A stretch of 64,000 bases of DNA from an uncultured Actinomycetota bacterium (GCA_963713585.1 CAVQMG010000010.1:20911-84910), one strand, 5' to 3'. Counted from the stretch's first letter, positions 43,080 through 52,882 are shown. Notes: generated from the sequence alone by a model not told the origin. Numbers and translations are program-made.

Positions 43080-44257
43080 GCGTCCGGCTCGGTGAGCCCG
43101 AGCAGCGGCTCGTCTGAGGACCTGATGTCGGCGGTGGGCAGGCCGCCCGGATACAGCCGCCTGGCTTTCTCCGCGACCGCGATGGCGATCTCGACGTGCT
43201 GGCGGCGGGATGCCGCGTAGAACGCCTGGGCGTCGTCGTTCAGCTTCGGGGCGGCGTGCATCGGCTTGTCGCTGACGGCCAGCAAGGTCGCGGTCGGGAT
43301 CCGGTAGCGGAACCCGTTGGTGGCGACGGTGGCCGACTCCATGTCGACGGCGATGGCGCGCGACAGTCGCAGCTTGTCGGCGACCGCAGACAGCTGCAGT
43401 TCCCAGTTCCGGTTCGCGGTGGTAAACACCACGCCCATCCGGCTGCGCAGCCCGCGCGCCGTCAGCTCGTCCAGCAGCAGCGTGTTGAGCGTGTGATTGG
43501 ACACAATCGGCACGCTCAGCGGCAGCACGTCGTCCAGTACCCGGTCATCGCGCAGGTAGGCGGTGGCCAGCACCAGATCGCCGATGGCCTGATGGTTTCG
43601 CAGCCCGCCGCAGTGGCCGATCATGAGGACCAGGTCTGGCCGGAGCACGGCGAGGTGGTCGGTGATCGTCTTGGCGTTGGACGGCCCGACGCCGATGTTG
43701 ATCATGGTGAGGCCGGCCCGGTCCGGCTGCAGGTAGTGCCAGGCCGGCATCTGGCGGCCGTCGGCGTCCGGGCCGATGCAGTCCGGCAGCGCCCGGCGGA
43801 ACTCCTCGACATGCCACGAGTAGTTGGTGAGCAGCACGTAGCGCTGGAACGCGTCGGCGGCCGTGCCGGTGTAGTGCTGCAACCGGTCGATGGACAGCGC
43901 CATCCGCTCCGGGCCGAACAGGAACAGCTTCTTGCGGGTGAGGTCAGAGCTGGTCTCGTCGACGGCCCGGCCGAGCGCCGGGTCATGCAGGTCGAGTGCC
44001 TCCCGGCCGTGGCTGACCGCGATCTTGGCGCCAGCCGCGGCGAGCCGGCCCAGTTCGCGTTCCAGATACCAGCGGATCGCGGCCGGAGCGGCGAACTCGC
44101 CCTCGAGCTCCGGGTTATGCACCGACCACGGCCGCTCGACCGTCAGCTTCGGGTAGCGGCCGGCCTTGCCCGCTTCCTCCATCGCCGCGCAGAGCTGCTC
44201 GACCGCGGCCGCGCGCTGGTCAGCCGGGAGCAGTGAGAAGTCCACCGACTTGGTCAT
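43064..44257 (-). CDS. amn: AMP nucleosidase
   Basis: RYVLLTNYSWHVEEF, MPAWHY, MINIGVGPSNAKTITDHLAVLRPDLVLMIGHCGGL, DMESATVA. I chose the ATG at 44257 (MTKSVDF). The ORF is open to 44374. It appears shorter at the N-terminus than the E. coli enzyme. Confidence 0.8.
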   Translation of the reverse strand: MTKSVDFSLLPADQRAAAVEQLCAAMEEAGKAGRYPKLTVERPWSVHNPELEGEFAAPAAIRWYLERELGRLAAAGAKIAVSHGREALDLHDPALGRAVDETSSDLTRKKLFLFGPERMALSIDRLQHYTGTAADAFQRYVLLTNYSWHVEEFRRALPDCIGPDADGRQMPAWHYLQPDRAGLTMINIGVGPSNAKTITDHLAVLRPDLVLMIGHCGGLRNHQAIGDLVLATAYLRDDRVLDDVLPLSVPIVSNHTLNTLLLDELTARGLRSRMGVVFTTANRNWELQLSAVADKLRLSRAIAVDMESATVATNGFRYRIPTATLLAVSDKPMHAAPKLNDDAQAFYAASRRQHVEIAIAVAEKARRLYPGGLPTADIRSSDEPLLGLTEPDAQPPR

Positions 44258-44318
44258 CTGGACATGATGCCAGCACTCGGCACGCGGCAGGCGGGCCGAT
44301 CGTGACAGTATCGCCACC

Positions 44319-44798
44319 ATGGCGACAGAAGTGAGCTGGCAGGAATTCGCGGCCGCCCGGCCGGACCTCGCCACAGCGGGGGAGCAGCTGTTCTACCAGT
44401 TCGGTATCGGCCTGGCCTTCTTGTCCACCGTCCGCTCCGACGGCGGGCCGCGGCTGCACCCGATGTGCCCGGTACTGATCTCCGGGCGGCTGGTGGCGCA
44501 CATCATTCCCTCGCTCAAGCGCGACGACCTGTACCGCGACCCGCGTTACGCGATGCACTCCTTCCCGGTTCCGGCCAGCGAGGACGCGTTCTACCTGACC
44601 GGCAGCGCGCATCCGGTCGCCGACGCTGACCTGGCGAAGCGGGCCGGCGCCCAGTTCCAGGCCGAACGGAAGTACCCGGCTGAGCCGCCCGAGTTCGCCG
44701 CCGGCGTTTTCTTCGAGTTCCTGATCGGGCGCTGCCTGCTGACCAGGACGACCGGGCCGGACGACTGGAATCCGCAGCACATCACCTGGTCGGCCTAG
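44319..44798 (+). CDS. Pyridoxamine 5'-phosphate oxidase-like FMN-binding split-barrel protein
   Basis: 159 aa. The segment LAFLSTVRSDGGPRLHPMCPVLISGRLVAHI is typical of this superfamily. It is divergent from amn. Confidence 0.7.
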   Translation: MATEVSWQEFAAARPDLATAGEQLFYQFGIGLAFLSTVRSDGGPRLHPMCPVLISGRLVAHIIPSLKRDDLYRDPRYAMHSFPVPASEDAFYLTGSAHPVADADLAKRAGAQFQAERKYPAEPPEFAAGVFFEFLIGRCLLTRTTGPDDWNPQHITWSA

Positions 44799-44844
44799 CG
44801 AAATTTCAGGTGCGCCGGGCGGGACTCTGGCGCGATGATCAGCT

Positions 44845-45723
44845 ATGGCCGCTGACCTCCCCGATGCTCACCCGCCCGCTGCTGAACCGCCCGCTGCTCA
44901 CCCGCCCGCTGCTGACCTGCTGACCGCCGCGATGCACGAGTACTACGAGCTGGGCAAGGAGACGAACCGGCTGGCTGAGAGCGGGCACGGGCGGCTGGAG
45001 TTCGAGCGGACGCAGGAAATCGTGCTGCGGCACCTGCCGCCTGCTCCGGCCACGATCGCGGATATCGGCGGGGGGCCCGGCCGGTACACGCTCTGGCTGG
45101 CCGCCCTCGGCTACCGGGTGCTGCACCGTGACCTCGTGCCGCTGCACATCCAGCAACTGCGCGAAGCGACCGCGGGCAGCGCGGCCATTCACTCGGCCGT
45201 CGCTGATGCCCGGTCGCTGGACCTGGCTGACGACAGCGTGGACGCGGTCTTGCTGCTCGGCCCGCTTTACCACCTGACCCAGCAGGCGGACCGGGTTGAG
45301 GCGCTGCGCGAGGCGTACCGGATCGTCCGGGTAGGCGGCCCGGTTTTCGGCGCGGCCATCTCGCGCTGGGCGGCCCGGCTTGACGCCATGCTCCGGCTGC
45401 GGATCTACGAGGATGTTCCGGACGCGGCGGCAATCCTCGGACCGGTCGAGCGGACCGGCGTCCTGCCGCCGCTGGTTCCCGGTGGCTTCAACGGCTATAC
45501 GCACCGGCCGGGTGAGCTGCGAGCCGAGTTCGCGGCCGCGGGCCTGGAGGTGGCTGATCTGGTCGCGGTCGAGGGCGGGGCTATTCTGCTGAATGACCTC
45601 GATGACCGGATGGCCAGCGACCGGGACCGGCAGGTGGTCCTCGAGACCGCGCGGGCGCACGAGCGAGTTCCCGAGCTGCTGGGGATCGGCTCGCACCTGC
45701 TCGGCACCGGCATCAAGCCCTAA
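44845..45723 (+). CDS. Class I SAM-dependent methyltransferase
   Basis: Motif I IADIGGGPGRYTLWLA. Post-I acidic residue (VLHRDLVP). DAVLLLGPLYHL. Confidence 0.8.
   Translation: MAADLPDAHPPAAEPPAAHPPAADLLTAAMHEYYELGKETNRLAESGHGRLEFERTQEIVLRHLPPAPATIADIGGGPGRYTLWLAALGYRVLHRDLVPLHIQQLREATAGSAAIHSAVADARSLDLADDSVDAVLLLGPLYHLTQQADRVEALREAYRIVRVGGPVFGAAISRWAARLDAMLRLRIYEDVPDAAAILGPVERTGVLPPLVPGGFNGYTHRPGELRAEFAAAGLEVADLVAVEGGAILLNDLDDRMASDRDRQVVLETARAHERVPELLGIGSHLLGTGIKP
44869..44913 (+). repeat. 15-bp in-frame tandem repeat (xPPAA pentapeptide) at the methyltransferase N-terminus
   Basis: cacccgcccgctgct / gaaccgcccgctgct / cacccgcccgctgct, read directly. It encodes HPPAA-EPPAA-HPPAA. Confidence 0.85.
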
Positions 45724-45795
45724 CGCCCTGGTCAGGCCTTCCGCCACCGGTGCTGGGCCGGATATCAGGCACCAGATCAGCTCATCGGGCGGCGG

Positions 45796-45824
45796 TTGTG
45801 CGGCACCGTAAGCCCGATTACTCT
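45796..45824 (+). promoter_or_regulatory. Candidate promoter for a leaderless DUF3046 transcript
   Basis: TTGTGC (45796-45801), 17-nt spacer, TACTCT (45819-45824; fits TAnnnT). The GTG start at 45832 lies 7 nt downstream, and no RBS is visible. Confidence 0.3.
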
Positions 45825-45831
45825 GGCGCGG

Positions 45832-46026
45832 GTGCGACTGACCGAGTTCTGGACCCGGATGCGGGCGCAGTTTGGCGACACTTATGCCGACAGCGTCGCC
45901 AAGGACCACGTCATCGCCGCGCTGGGCAGCCGGACCGTCAGCCAGGCGCTGGCCGACGGCGAGGACGTCAAGACGATCTGGCGCGCTGTCTGCGACGCGT
46001 TCCGCGTCCCCGAGCGGATGCGGTGA
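45832..46026 (+). CDS. DUF3046 domain-containing protein
   Basis: VRLTEFWTRMRAQFGDTYADSVAKDHVIAALGSRTVSQALADGEDVKTIWRAVCDAFRVP is the small conserved actinobacterial protein normally encoded just upstream of recA. Confidence 0.8.
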   Translation: MRLTEFWTRMRAQFGDTYADSVAKDHVIAALGSRTVSQALADGEDVKTIWRAVCDAFRVPERMR

Positions 46027-46084
46027 CACGGTGAGTGCCTGACCAGGAGCCGGGAGCGGAGCAGTTGGTTGTCATGATGGTGGA

Positions 46085-46630
46085 GTGACGGTCCGCCTGC
46101 CGCCGGGAACGTTTGTTGTCGTGTCCGGTCCTCCCGCAAGCGGGAAGACAACGCTCGCCCAGGCGATCGCGCCAGCGCTGGGTCTTCCTCTGATCGCCAA
46201 GGACACTATTAAGCAGGCGTTGATGAGCGTGCTGCCGGTGCCGGACATCGAGGCATCGCGCGAGCTCGGCCGTGCCAGCGTGACTGCCCTGCTCGCCGTG
46301 GCGTCAGAGTCAGGCGGTGCTGTGCTGGAGAGCGTCTGGCACCGCAGCCGCGCCGTCGAGGACCTTCTCCGTCTGCCCGGCAACCTCGTGGAGGTGTTCT
46401 GCCGATGCGACGCCCGGACCGCAGCACAGCGATACGAGCGGCGCGCCGGCACCCGGCACGCGGGGCACTTTGACGGCGAGCGGACGATCGCGGACTTGTG
46501 GAACGAGGAGGTAGCCCGGCCGGTGGCCGGAGGCTGGCCGGTGATTGACGTCAGCACCGAGAGCCCGGTCGATGTGAAGTCACTCGCTGCCCGAATATGC
46601 GCAGTCAGCAGCGCCATCCGCTCCTACTGA
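46085..46630 (+). CDS. P-loop kinase-like AAA family ATPase
   Basis: Walker A VVVSGPPASGKTTLA. About 180 aa, typical of AAA_33/zeta-kinase-like small NTPases. Confidence 0.65.
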   Translation: MTVRLPPGTFVVVSGPPASGKTTLAQAIAPALGLPLIAKDTIKQALMSVLPVPDIEASRELGRASVTALLAVASESGGAVLESVWHRSRAVEDLLRLPGNLVEVFCRCDARTAAQRYERRAGTRHAGHFDGERTIADLWNEEVARPVAGGWPVIDVSTESPVDVKSLAARICAVSSAIRSY

Positions 46631-46652
46631 ACTCAGAGACCGCGGCGCTCGG

Positions 46653-48184
46653 TCAGGCGGGGATGAGATAGGTACCGAGGTGGGAATCAAGTGCCGCCAG
46701 CCCCGCGGGACCGGCCGGGCTGGCGCGGAAGCCTACCCGGCCATCAGGGCGCACCAGTACCGCGCCGGAACCAGCGAGCCCGCCTTGCCCCGGGTCAGTA
46801 TCGGCCCGGCTGAACTCCACCAGGCCGCGCCATCGACGGCGCAGCCGCGCCAGTTCGTCGTCCGCGGCAGGGTTTTCCGGGCCGGAGATCAGCAGGTGAT
46901 GGCTCGTACCGCTGAGAGAGACAAAGTCGGGATAGCGGTCGCCGGGAACCGGAACGTTGGCTGGCACCGGCGGCGCTCCCGCCTCGATGTACTCGTCAAA
47001 CAACGAGGTGCCCGCGTAGGAGACGTCAAGCATCGACCGGGACCGCACCATGGCTTCTGTCTGCGCTGGCGTCGGCGGGGCTGGAACGATTCCGGTGCGG
47101 GCGGACTCGACGGCGCGGTGGGCGAGCTGGTGCAGGCGGTCCGAGACTTCGAGGACGTGCTGGTCAGCAGCCAGGCGCTCGGTCGCGAAGCTCTCGAGCA
47201 AGCCCGGCCGGCCCCGGCCCCGTGACTGCAATGCCAGCTTCCAGGCCAGGTTGTGAGCATCGTGAATGCCGGAATTCAGGCCTTCGCCGCCGAATGGGCT
47301 CGACAGATGCCCGGCGTCGCCGAGCAGAAACCAGCGCTGCCCGGCCAGACGCGGGGCCAGCCGGTGATGCATGCGAAACGGCGCGGCCCAGGCCACCTCG
47401 GACACCGAGATGGCGTCCGCGAGCCGGCGCCTGATCGCCGTCGCTACCGCGTCTATCGAGGTGTCAATCGCTAGTCGCTGCTCCTCGCATTCATCAAGAT
47501 CCCCGACGAACGTGAGCCAGCGGTTGTCAGGAAGCGGCGCAAGCAGCACGTAGCCTTGCGGACTGGCGATCAGGGCCGATCCGTCCCGCGGCAGCTCGCG
47601 GGACAGCTGCACGTCAGCTACCAGCGCGGTGCCAGGGTAGGTTGCGCCAACCAGAGCCCGGCCATTGCCTCACGTATCACGCTGTGCGCGCCGCCGGCTC
47701 CGATAACCCAGGACGCCTCCGCGGTCTCCGACGTCCCGTCTGGTCGTTCGAGCGCCACGACAACGCCATCGTCTCGCTCCTCCATGGACGCCACCGTGAC
47801 GCCGGCCTCAACAACGCCGCCTAGCTCAGTGAACCGGTCGGCGAGGATTCGCTCGGTCTGCCACTGCGGCAGGCTGCACTCGAAATCCCACGCACAGTTA
47901 GTGCCGCCGAAGGCCAGTTCGGACACCGGTGCCAAAGCCGCATCGAAGACCCTGGCGAACGCCAGGTGAACCGACGCCGCCAGCACCTGCTCCACCACTC
48001 CGGCCTGCGCCAGAATCTCGAGAGTTGCAGGCTGCACGGCCGTTGCCCTGGCCTGGCGATGCGGCCGCGGCTCGCGTTCGACAAGCTGGGCCTGCACGCC
48101 ATGGCGCGCCAGTTCCGCCGCCGCGAACAGGCCTGACGGCCCAGCCCCCACTACCAGTACCTCGGCCTCCACCAGCCAGCTCAC
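46653..48184 (-). pseudogene. FAD-dependent aromatic-ring monooxygenase (PheA/TfdB-like), one frameshift
   Basis: The N-terminal part VLVVGAGPSGLFAAAELARHG..WVIGAGGAHSVIREAM stops at 47618. The reading continues in another frame with GATYPGTALVADVQLSRELP...WFLLGDAGHLSSPFGGEGLNSGIHDAHNLAWKL. The shift is at about 47655-47665. The start is approximate. Confidence 0.8.
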
Positions 48185-48420
48185 CCCCCAGTCAGCCCTG
48201 GCAAGAACCCAGCTTACTGAGGCGCCGATTCGTCGTCGGCGCCGCACGAGGCACCGTCGTCACTCCACGTCACCAGACTGACCAGGCGTCAAGAGATTAC
48301 TGAGACCCGGCAACGGTGAGTTAGACCCACAGGGGACCTATCGGCTGCGCTCGCGCTGCAGATGATCAGCGGGCCGTGCCAGGACGTCGCCGGCTTGCTT
48401 GCAACCGAAGGCGGAATGCC

Positions 48421-49812
48421 ATGGCGGAACCTAGCTCACCGAGAACGTCGGCCGCACCCGGCGTGCTGCCTGATCTGCCGGCCACGACGGCCGAAAGACG
48501 GGCATCGGGGAGCTCCAGCCGCAAACAAGCCAAACGGGGCACGCTGGCTTCCTGGGATGAAGGGCAGCGCGGGCACGACGCGCTGCAGACGATCCTGGCT
48601 CAGAATCAGATCAGGCTCGCGGAGCTTGTTCCGATCCGGCATCAGCGCATGGCGGCCTCGGCGTGGAACTACTACCGGGGAGCCGCAGCAGTGATGGCGG
48701 GCGACCTCGCGTCGCAGCCCGACAGCGGGCTGGAGGTGCAACTGTGCGGTGACGCCCACATTCTGAACTTCGGCCTGTGGGCCACCCCGGAACGGAATCT
48801 GTCGTTCGACCTGCGCGACTTCGATGAAACTCTTCCCGGCCCGTTCGAATGGGATGTCAAGCGGTTCGCAACCAGCGTCGTGGTAGCAGCCCGGCAGAAC
48901 GGGATTAAGCCGCGGATTGGGACTGCTGCGGTCACGGCCGGAATCGAGGCTTACCGCAAGCGCATGCGGCGCTATACGACCATGCCGGAACTCGACATCT
49001 GGTACGACGGCATGCACGTCGACAAGCTGATCAGCTACTACGAGCCTGCAGATCGCGGCCGGGTTTCTATCCATATTGAGAAGAAGCGCGAGCGCCGGAC
49101 CAGCCGGGGAGCGTTCACCAAGCTCACCACGATGGCGAACGGACGCCCGCGGATCACCGAGGAACCTCCGGTCCGCGTCACAATCAGCGACGGCGAGCAG
49201 GCTGACCTGGTTGATCATTTCCTGGCCGACTACCGGCTGACGCTCCAAGAGGATCGCCGGAGCCTGTTCGACAGGTTCACCGAGGTCGATACGGTCCGCC
49301 AGGTCGTCGGAGTGGGCAGCGTAGGAATGCAGGTCTACCTTGCCCTGTTCGAGGGGCGCAGCGGCGCCGACCCCTTGTTCCTGCAGATCAAGCAGGCGGG
49401 GCCGTCGGTGTACGAGGCGCACACCCGGCCCGCTCGCCACGCCAACCATGGCGAGCGGGTCATCAACGGCAAGCGACTGGTCCAGACTGCCACGGACATC
49501 TTCGTGGGCTGGGGCTCGTTTCACGGCAAGGACTATTACGTGCGGCAGTTCCGCGACATGAAGATCATTCCGACGACCGAGCTGATCGCTCCTCGACTCG
49601 TCGAGTTCGCCACCGCTTGCGGTGAGGCTCTTGCCAGAGCCCACGCTCGCACTGGCGACCCGGTAGCGATCGACGGCTACATCGGGAAGGGTCCTAAATT
49701 CGCCACGGCGATCGCGGCGTTCGCGACCCGGTACGCCGATCAGAATGAGCGAGACCACGCTCAGCTTGCCGCCGCCATCGCCGCCGGCGCCGTCGAGGTT
49801 CTGCCAGGCTGA
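48421..49812 (+). CDS. DUF2252 domain-containing protein
   Basis: LVPIRHQRMAASAWNYYRGAAAVMAGDL..LCGDAHILNFGLWATPERNLSFDLRDFDETLPGPFEWDVKRFATS matches the DUF2252 family. ATG at 48421 with gaaggcgga upstream. Confidence 0.8.
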   Translation: MAEPSSPRTSAAPGVLPDLPATTAERRASGSSSRKQAKRGTLASWDEGQRGHDALQTILAQNQIRLAELVPIRHQRMAASAWNYYRGAAAVMAGDLASQPDSGLEVQLCGDAHILNFGLWATPERNLSFDLRDFDETLPGPFEWDVKRFATSVVVAARQNGIKPRIGTAAVTAGIEAYRKRMRRYTTMPELDIWYDGMHVDKLISYYEPADRGRVSIHIEKKRERRTSRGAFTKLTTMANGRPRITEEPPVRVTISDGEQADLVDHFLADYRLTLQEDRRSLFDRFTEVDTVRQVVGVGSVGMQVYLALFEGRSGADPLFLQIKQAGPSVYEAHTRPARHANHGERVINGKRLVQTATDIFVGWGSFHGKDYYVRQFRDMKIIPTTELIAPRLVEFATACGEALARAHARTGDPVAIDGYIGKGPKFATAIAAFATRYADQNERDHAQLAAAIAAGAVEVLPG

Positions 49813-50063
49813 AGCGTCGCAGTCGCGTCAGCCGGTTCGGGTCAGGCTGCGGGTGGTTCGTCAGAGCTGACCGCGTCTATCTCAAGGCCGGATGGGCTTG
49901 CCGGATACCACGCGACTCGCACGAGACAGAGACTGATTCGATACTCGGCAACCGCAGACGGCCGGGCCGGCGGAACCTACGATGTGCGAGGGATAGGGCC
50001 GGTCGTCGCGATCTGAAGCGGCGACTTAGCGGCTTGGTCGCCGGTCCGGAGGGGAGCGGGTCA

Positions 50064-51059
50064 ATGTCCGTCGTGAGTGTCATGCGGAGGACGGCCGCCG
50101 GCGCGGCCGCGGCCGGGTTGGCTGCGTGCGTGCTGGCCGCAGCAGTACCCGCGCAGGCCTCGCCGGCTGCGCTGCACGTGACCGCAACGGTCAGTCTCGG
50201 CCACGTCGGGAGCGCGTTCACCTACCAGTTCAGTGAGGCTCCGAACGGGACGGTCTATTACGCTCGCGGCCGGGTGGTGTACGCGGTGGCGGGCAGCAAC
50301 CCGCGCGCTGCCATCCTGCACGCAGCCAGCCCTGTCCTCGCGGTGGCCGCGAACGGCAAAGACTTCTTCGCCGAGGTCGGCCGGACCGTCAGCGAGTACC
50401 GGCGCTCCGATCGGGAATTCGTCCGCAAGTGGACGCTTCCCAAGAGTCTGGGTCCGCTGACCTCGGCCGGCCTGTTCGCGGTCGGGAGCACGGTCTGGGC
50501 CTGGACCGACTGGGCGACCGACGAGAGTGGTTTCCAGTACGCGAACGTGAGCCGGATCCGCACCACCTCGGCGGTCGTGCATAAGGTGAGCTCGAACATC
50601 GCCTACCCGGCGGACATGGCGGCCAATGCCTCTGGCCTGTATTACGAGGCCGTCAAGCCCAATGCGACCAACGGCTATCTGATCCGCGTACGGCCCGACG
50701 GGCAGGTCACCAAGCGCACTGACAAGAACGTCGACGCTCCGCTGGCGCTAGCCGCCGGCCGGGTCTACCTGCTCGCCGACCACGAGCCTTCCGGCAAGCA
50801 GTTCCTCGACATCTACCGGGGGTCGAACTTGCAGCACGTCCTCTCCAAGCACGTCTCCGCTCAGTACTACGACGTCGCCGGCACCGGTGCCGGGCTCTTC
50901 ATGATCAGATCCGGCCAGGTCAGCAAGGTTTCGCCCGCGACTGGCGCCGTGACCGGTTCGCTGAGCATCGCGCACGCGGTGACCCTGGCGCCGGGCCCGT
51001 CGGCGGTGGTCATCACCTTCAGCAGCGGAATCGCGCGCCTCCTCCGGCTGGCGAACTGA
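50064..51059 (+). CDS. Secreted hypothetical protein (signal peptide, beta-rich, possibly propeller-like)
   Basis: ATG at 50064 with ggaggggag RBS. Signal peptide MSVVSVMRRTAAGAAAAGLAACVLAAAVPAQA/SP. I recognise no family. Confidence 0.6.
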   Translation: MSVVSVMRRTAAGAAAAGLAACVLAAAVPAQASPAALHVTATVSLGHVGSAFTYQFSEAPNGTVYYARGRVVYAVAGSNPRAAILHAASPVLAVAANGKDFFAEVGRTVSEYRRSDREFVRKWTLPKSLGPLTSAGLFAVGSTVWAWTDWATDESGFQYANVSRIRTTSAVVHKVSSNIAYPADMAANASGLYYEAVKPNATNGYLIRVRPDGQVTKRTDKNVDAPLALAAGRVYLLADHEPSGKQFLDIYRGSNLQHVLSKHVSAQYYDVAGTGAGLFMIRSGQVSKVSPATGAVTGSLSIAHAVTLAPGPSAVVITFSSGIARLLRLAN

Positions 51060-51100
51060 CCGGAGGCCTGATGGCTCGGGCGGTCTTTCTGGCCGCCCGG

Positions 51101-51910
51101 CTATCCGGCGGGCTTGCGGGCCAGCCACACCGTACGGCTGGTGCGGACCGTCAGGTCGGTGCGGGCGGACAGGGCCGGGGCCAGTGCATCGAGTTCCGCG
51201 ATGTCACCGGCACTGAGCCTGTCCTCCAGGCCGTGCCGGGCGCGGCAGAGGGTGACTATGGCGTAGCGGGTCACGGCGGCGGCCGCCGGCGAGTTCGGCG
51301 GCGGCTGCAGCGCGATCGCGAAGCGGCGTTCGGACTCGACAGCGAACCCGGCTTCGGCGAAACGGGCGGGCCAGTCTTCATGCATGTGCATTCCGGCTTC
51401 GTCACGACCCCGCGCCATGGCGGTGTGGATCCGCTCCTCGAGCGCCGCGCCCGCCGGGTCGGTGAGAAAACGCGGGAACGACTCCAACTCCGTGACCGCA
51501 AGCAGTCCCCCTGGGCGCAGCATCTGGTAGATCTGCGCGACCGCCCGCGCGGGATCGCCCATATGGTGCATCGAGTTGGCGGCCCACACCAGGTCAGCGG
51601 CATTCAGGCCGGCAGGCCATGCCTGATCGAGGTCGGCTTGGACGGTGCGGATCCGGTCGGCGAGCCCGGCGGCGCGGGCCTTGTCCTGGATGTGCGTCAG
51701 CATGTCCTCATCGACGTCCACCGCGATTACCTCGGCGTTCGGCAACTGCCTGGCCAGCGCGAGGGTGCCGGTGCCCGTGCCTGCACCCACGTCGATGACG
51801 CAGGCTCGGTCGGTGAGGTGTGCCGAGACCCATTCGGTTACCTCCCGGTGGTATTCGCCGAGGACCTCGGCGTCGAGGTCGAGCAGGTCAGCCATGTGTT
51901 CGTGTGCCAT
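51101..51910 (-). CDS. Class I SAM-dependent methyltransferase
   Basis: VIDVGAGTGTGTLALA, AVDVDEDML, LRPGGLLAVTE. Confidence 0.8.
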   Translation of the reverse strand: MAHEHMADLLDLDAEVLGEYHREVTEWVSAHLTDRACVIDVGAGTGTGTLALARQLPNAEVIAVDVDEDMLTHIQDKARAAGLADRIRTVQADLDQAWPAGLNAADLVWAANSMHHMGDPARAVAQIYQMLRPGGLLAVTELESFPRFLTDPAGAALEERIHTAMARGRDEAGMHMHEDWPARFAEAGFAVESERRFAIALQPPPNSPAAAAVTRYAIVTLCRARHGLEDRLSAGDIAELDALAPALSARTDLTVRTSRTVWLARKPAG

Positions 51911-51958
51911 GTCATCGACGGTACCGCCAGCTTGCCGTTACGGCATACACTCTTGCGT

Positions 51959-52555
51959 ATGAAGCAAGACGCCGATCTGGACGCTCTTGTCCGGCAGCGC
52001 ATCCGGGGTCTGCGCACGTCGCTGGGCTGGTCGCTGGACGAGCTGGCGGCCCGCAGCTACCTGAGCCCGTCCACGCTGAGCCGGATTGAGACCGGTCACC
52101 GGCGGATTGCCCTGGATCAGCTCACGCCGATCGCCAGGGCACTCGGCACCACCCTTGACCAGCTGGTCGAGTCCGACGACGACGACGACGTGGTGATCAG
52201 GCCGCTCCGAGACGAGGCACGGGGCATGACGACCTGGCTGCTGTCGCGGACCGGCGCGCCCCAGGGCATGACGATCGCGAAGCTGCGGGTGACCAGGAAG
52301 GTGCCCTCCCGGCTGCGCGTCCACCCAGGGCGGGACTGGTTCACCGTCCTGTCCGGCACCATCGTGCTGCGGCTCGGCGAGCGGACCATCCTCGTCCAGG
52401 CCGGCGAGGCGGCCGAGTTCTCCACGATGGAGCCGCATGCGTTCGGTGTGCAGGAGGAAGCCGCGGAGATCCTGTGCATCCTCGACCACGACGGTACCCG
52501 CACCCACCTGGGGCCAGCCGGCCCTTTCCCCGAGACCGGCCCTGAGGAGCTATGA
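51959..52555 (+). CDS. XRE-family transcriptional regulator with C-terminal cupin domain
   Basis: HTH LRTSLGWSLDELAARSYLSPSTLSRIETGHRRIALDQLTPIARALG. Cupin-like HPGRDWFTVLSGTIVLRLGERTILVQAGEAAEFSTMEPHAF. It is divergent from the methyltransferase. Confidence 0.8.
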   Translation: MKQDADLDALVRQRIRGLRTSLGWSLDELAARSYLSPSTLSRIETGHRRIALDQLTPIARALGTTLDQLVESDDDDDVVIRPLRDEARGMTTWLLSRTGAPQGMTIAKLRVTRKVPSRLRVHPGRDWFTVLSGTIVLRLGERTILVQAGEAAEFSTMEPHAFGVQEEAAEILCILDHDGTRTHLGPAGPFPETGPEEL

Positions 52556-52620
52556 GTGGACCGCTGGTTCACGGACCGGGGCGATGGTTGCTCAGGCGGG
52601 GCTGCGAATCCGGATCTGGA

Positions 52621-52791
52621 TCAGTCCCGTTCCGGGCCGCCGTCCGGGGTGATCTCTACGATGCCGTGATCTGAGAAGGTGTATCGCTTGCCGCAGGCTG
52701 GACACTTCATGATCACCGGCCTGGCGCCAACCCGGTGGCGAGGGTCTGCCTTGAGGCGGTTGCCGTCATCAGGACACTCCGCGAAGTTCAC
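52621..52791 (-). CDS. Possible small cysteine-containing protein (56 aa, CPxCG motif)
   Basis: Not in the ORF track (below 60 aa). GTG start, VNFAECPDDGNRLKADPRHRVGARPVIMKCPACGKRYTFSDHGIVEITPDGGPERD. It fills an otherwise empty 330-bp gap. The RBS is weak and I recognise no family. Confidence 0.3.
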   Translation of the reverse strand: MNFAECPDDGNRLKADPRHRVGARPVIMKCPACGKRYTFSDHGIVEITPDGGPERD

Positions 52792-52882
52792 TCTGGCAGG
52801 TTAACCCCGAAGGCTAGCTCCGGCCCTGAACGCCGGATGTGCAACCGGGCCTGAGGTAGCGGGGACGAGCCCGGATCGCGGC

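Noticed and set aside
44839-46029. 396-aa antisense ORF covering the methyltransferase and DUF3046 genes.
   Set aside because: It is antisense to two well-supported genes. The composition is low-complexity and Arg-rich, with no motifs. Long spurious ORFs are expected at this GC content.
49877-50221. 114-aa minus-strand ORF in and around the 250-bp gap before the secreted-protein gene.
   Set aside because: It overlaps the signal-peptide-encoding start of the better-supported plus-strand gene. The sequence is low-complexity and Ala/Arg-rich.
51919-51943. Short palindromes CGGTACCG and CCGT-t-ACGG in the 48-bp divergent region between the methyltransferase and the XRE-cupin regulator.
   Set aside because: The arms are only 4 bp each and the two elements are not copies of one another. 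This is plausible operator material but too weak to report as a feature.
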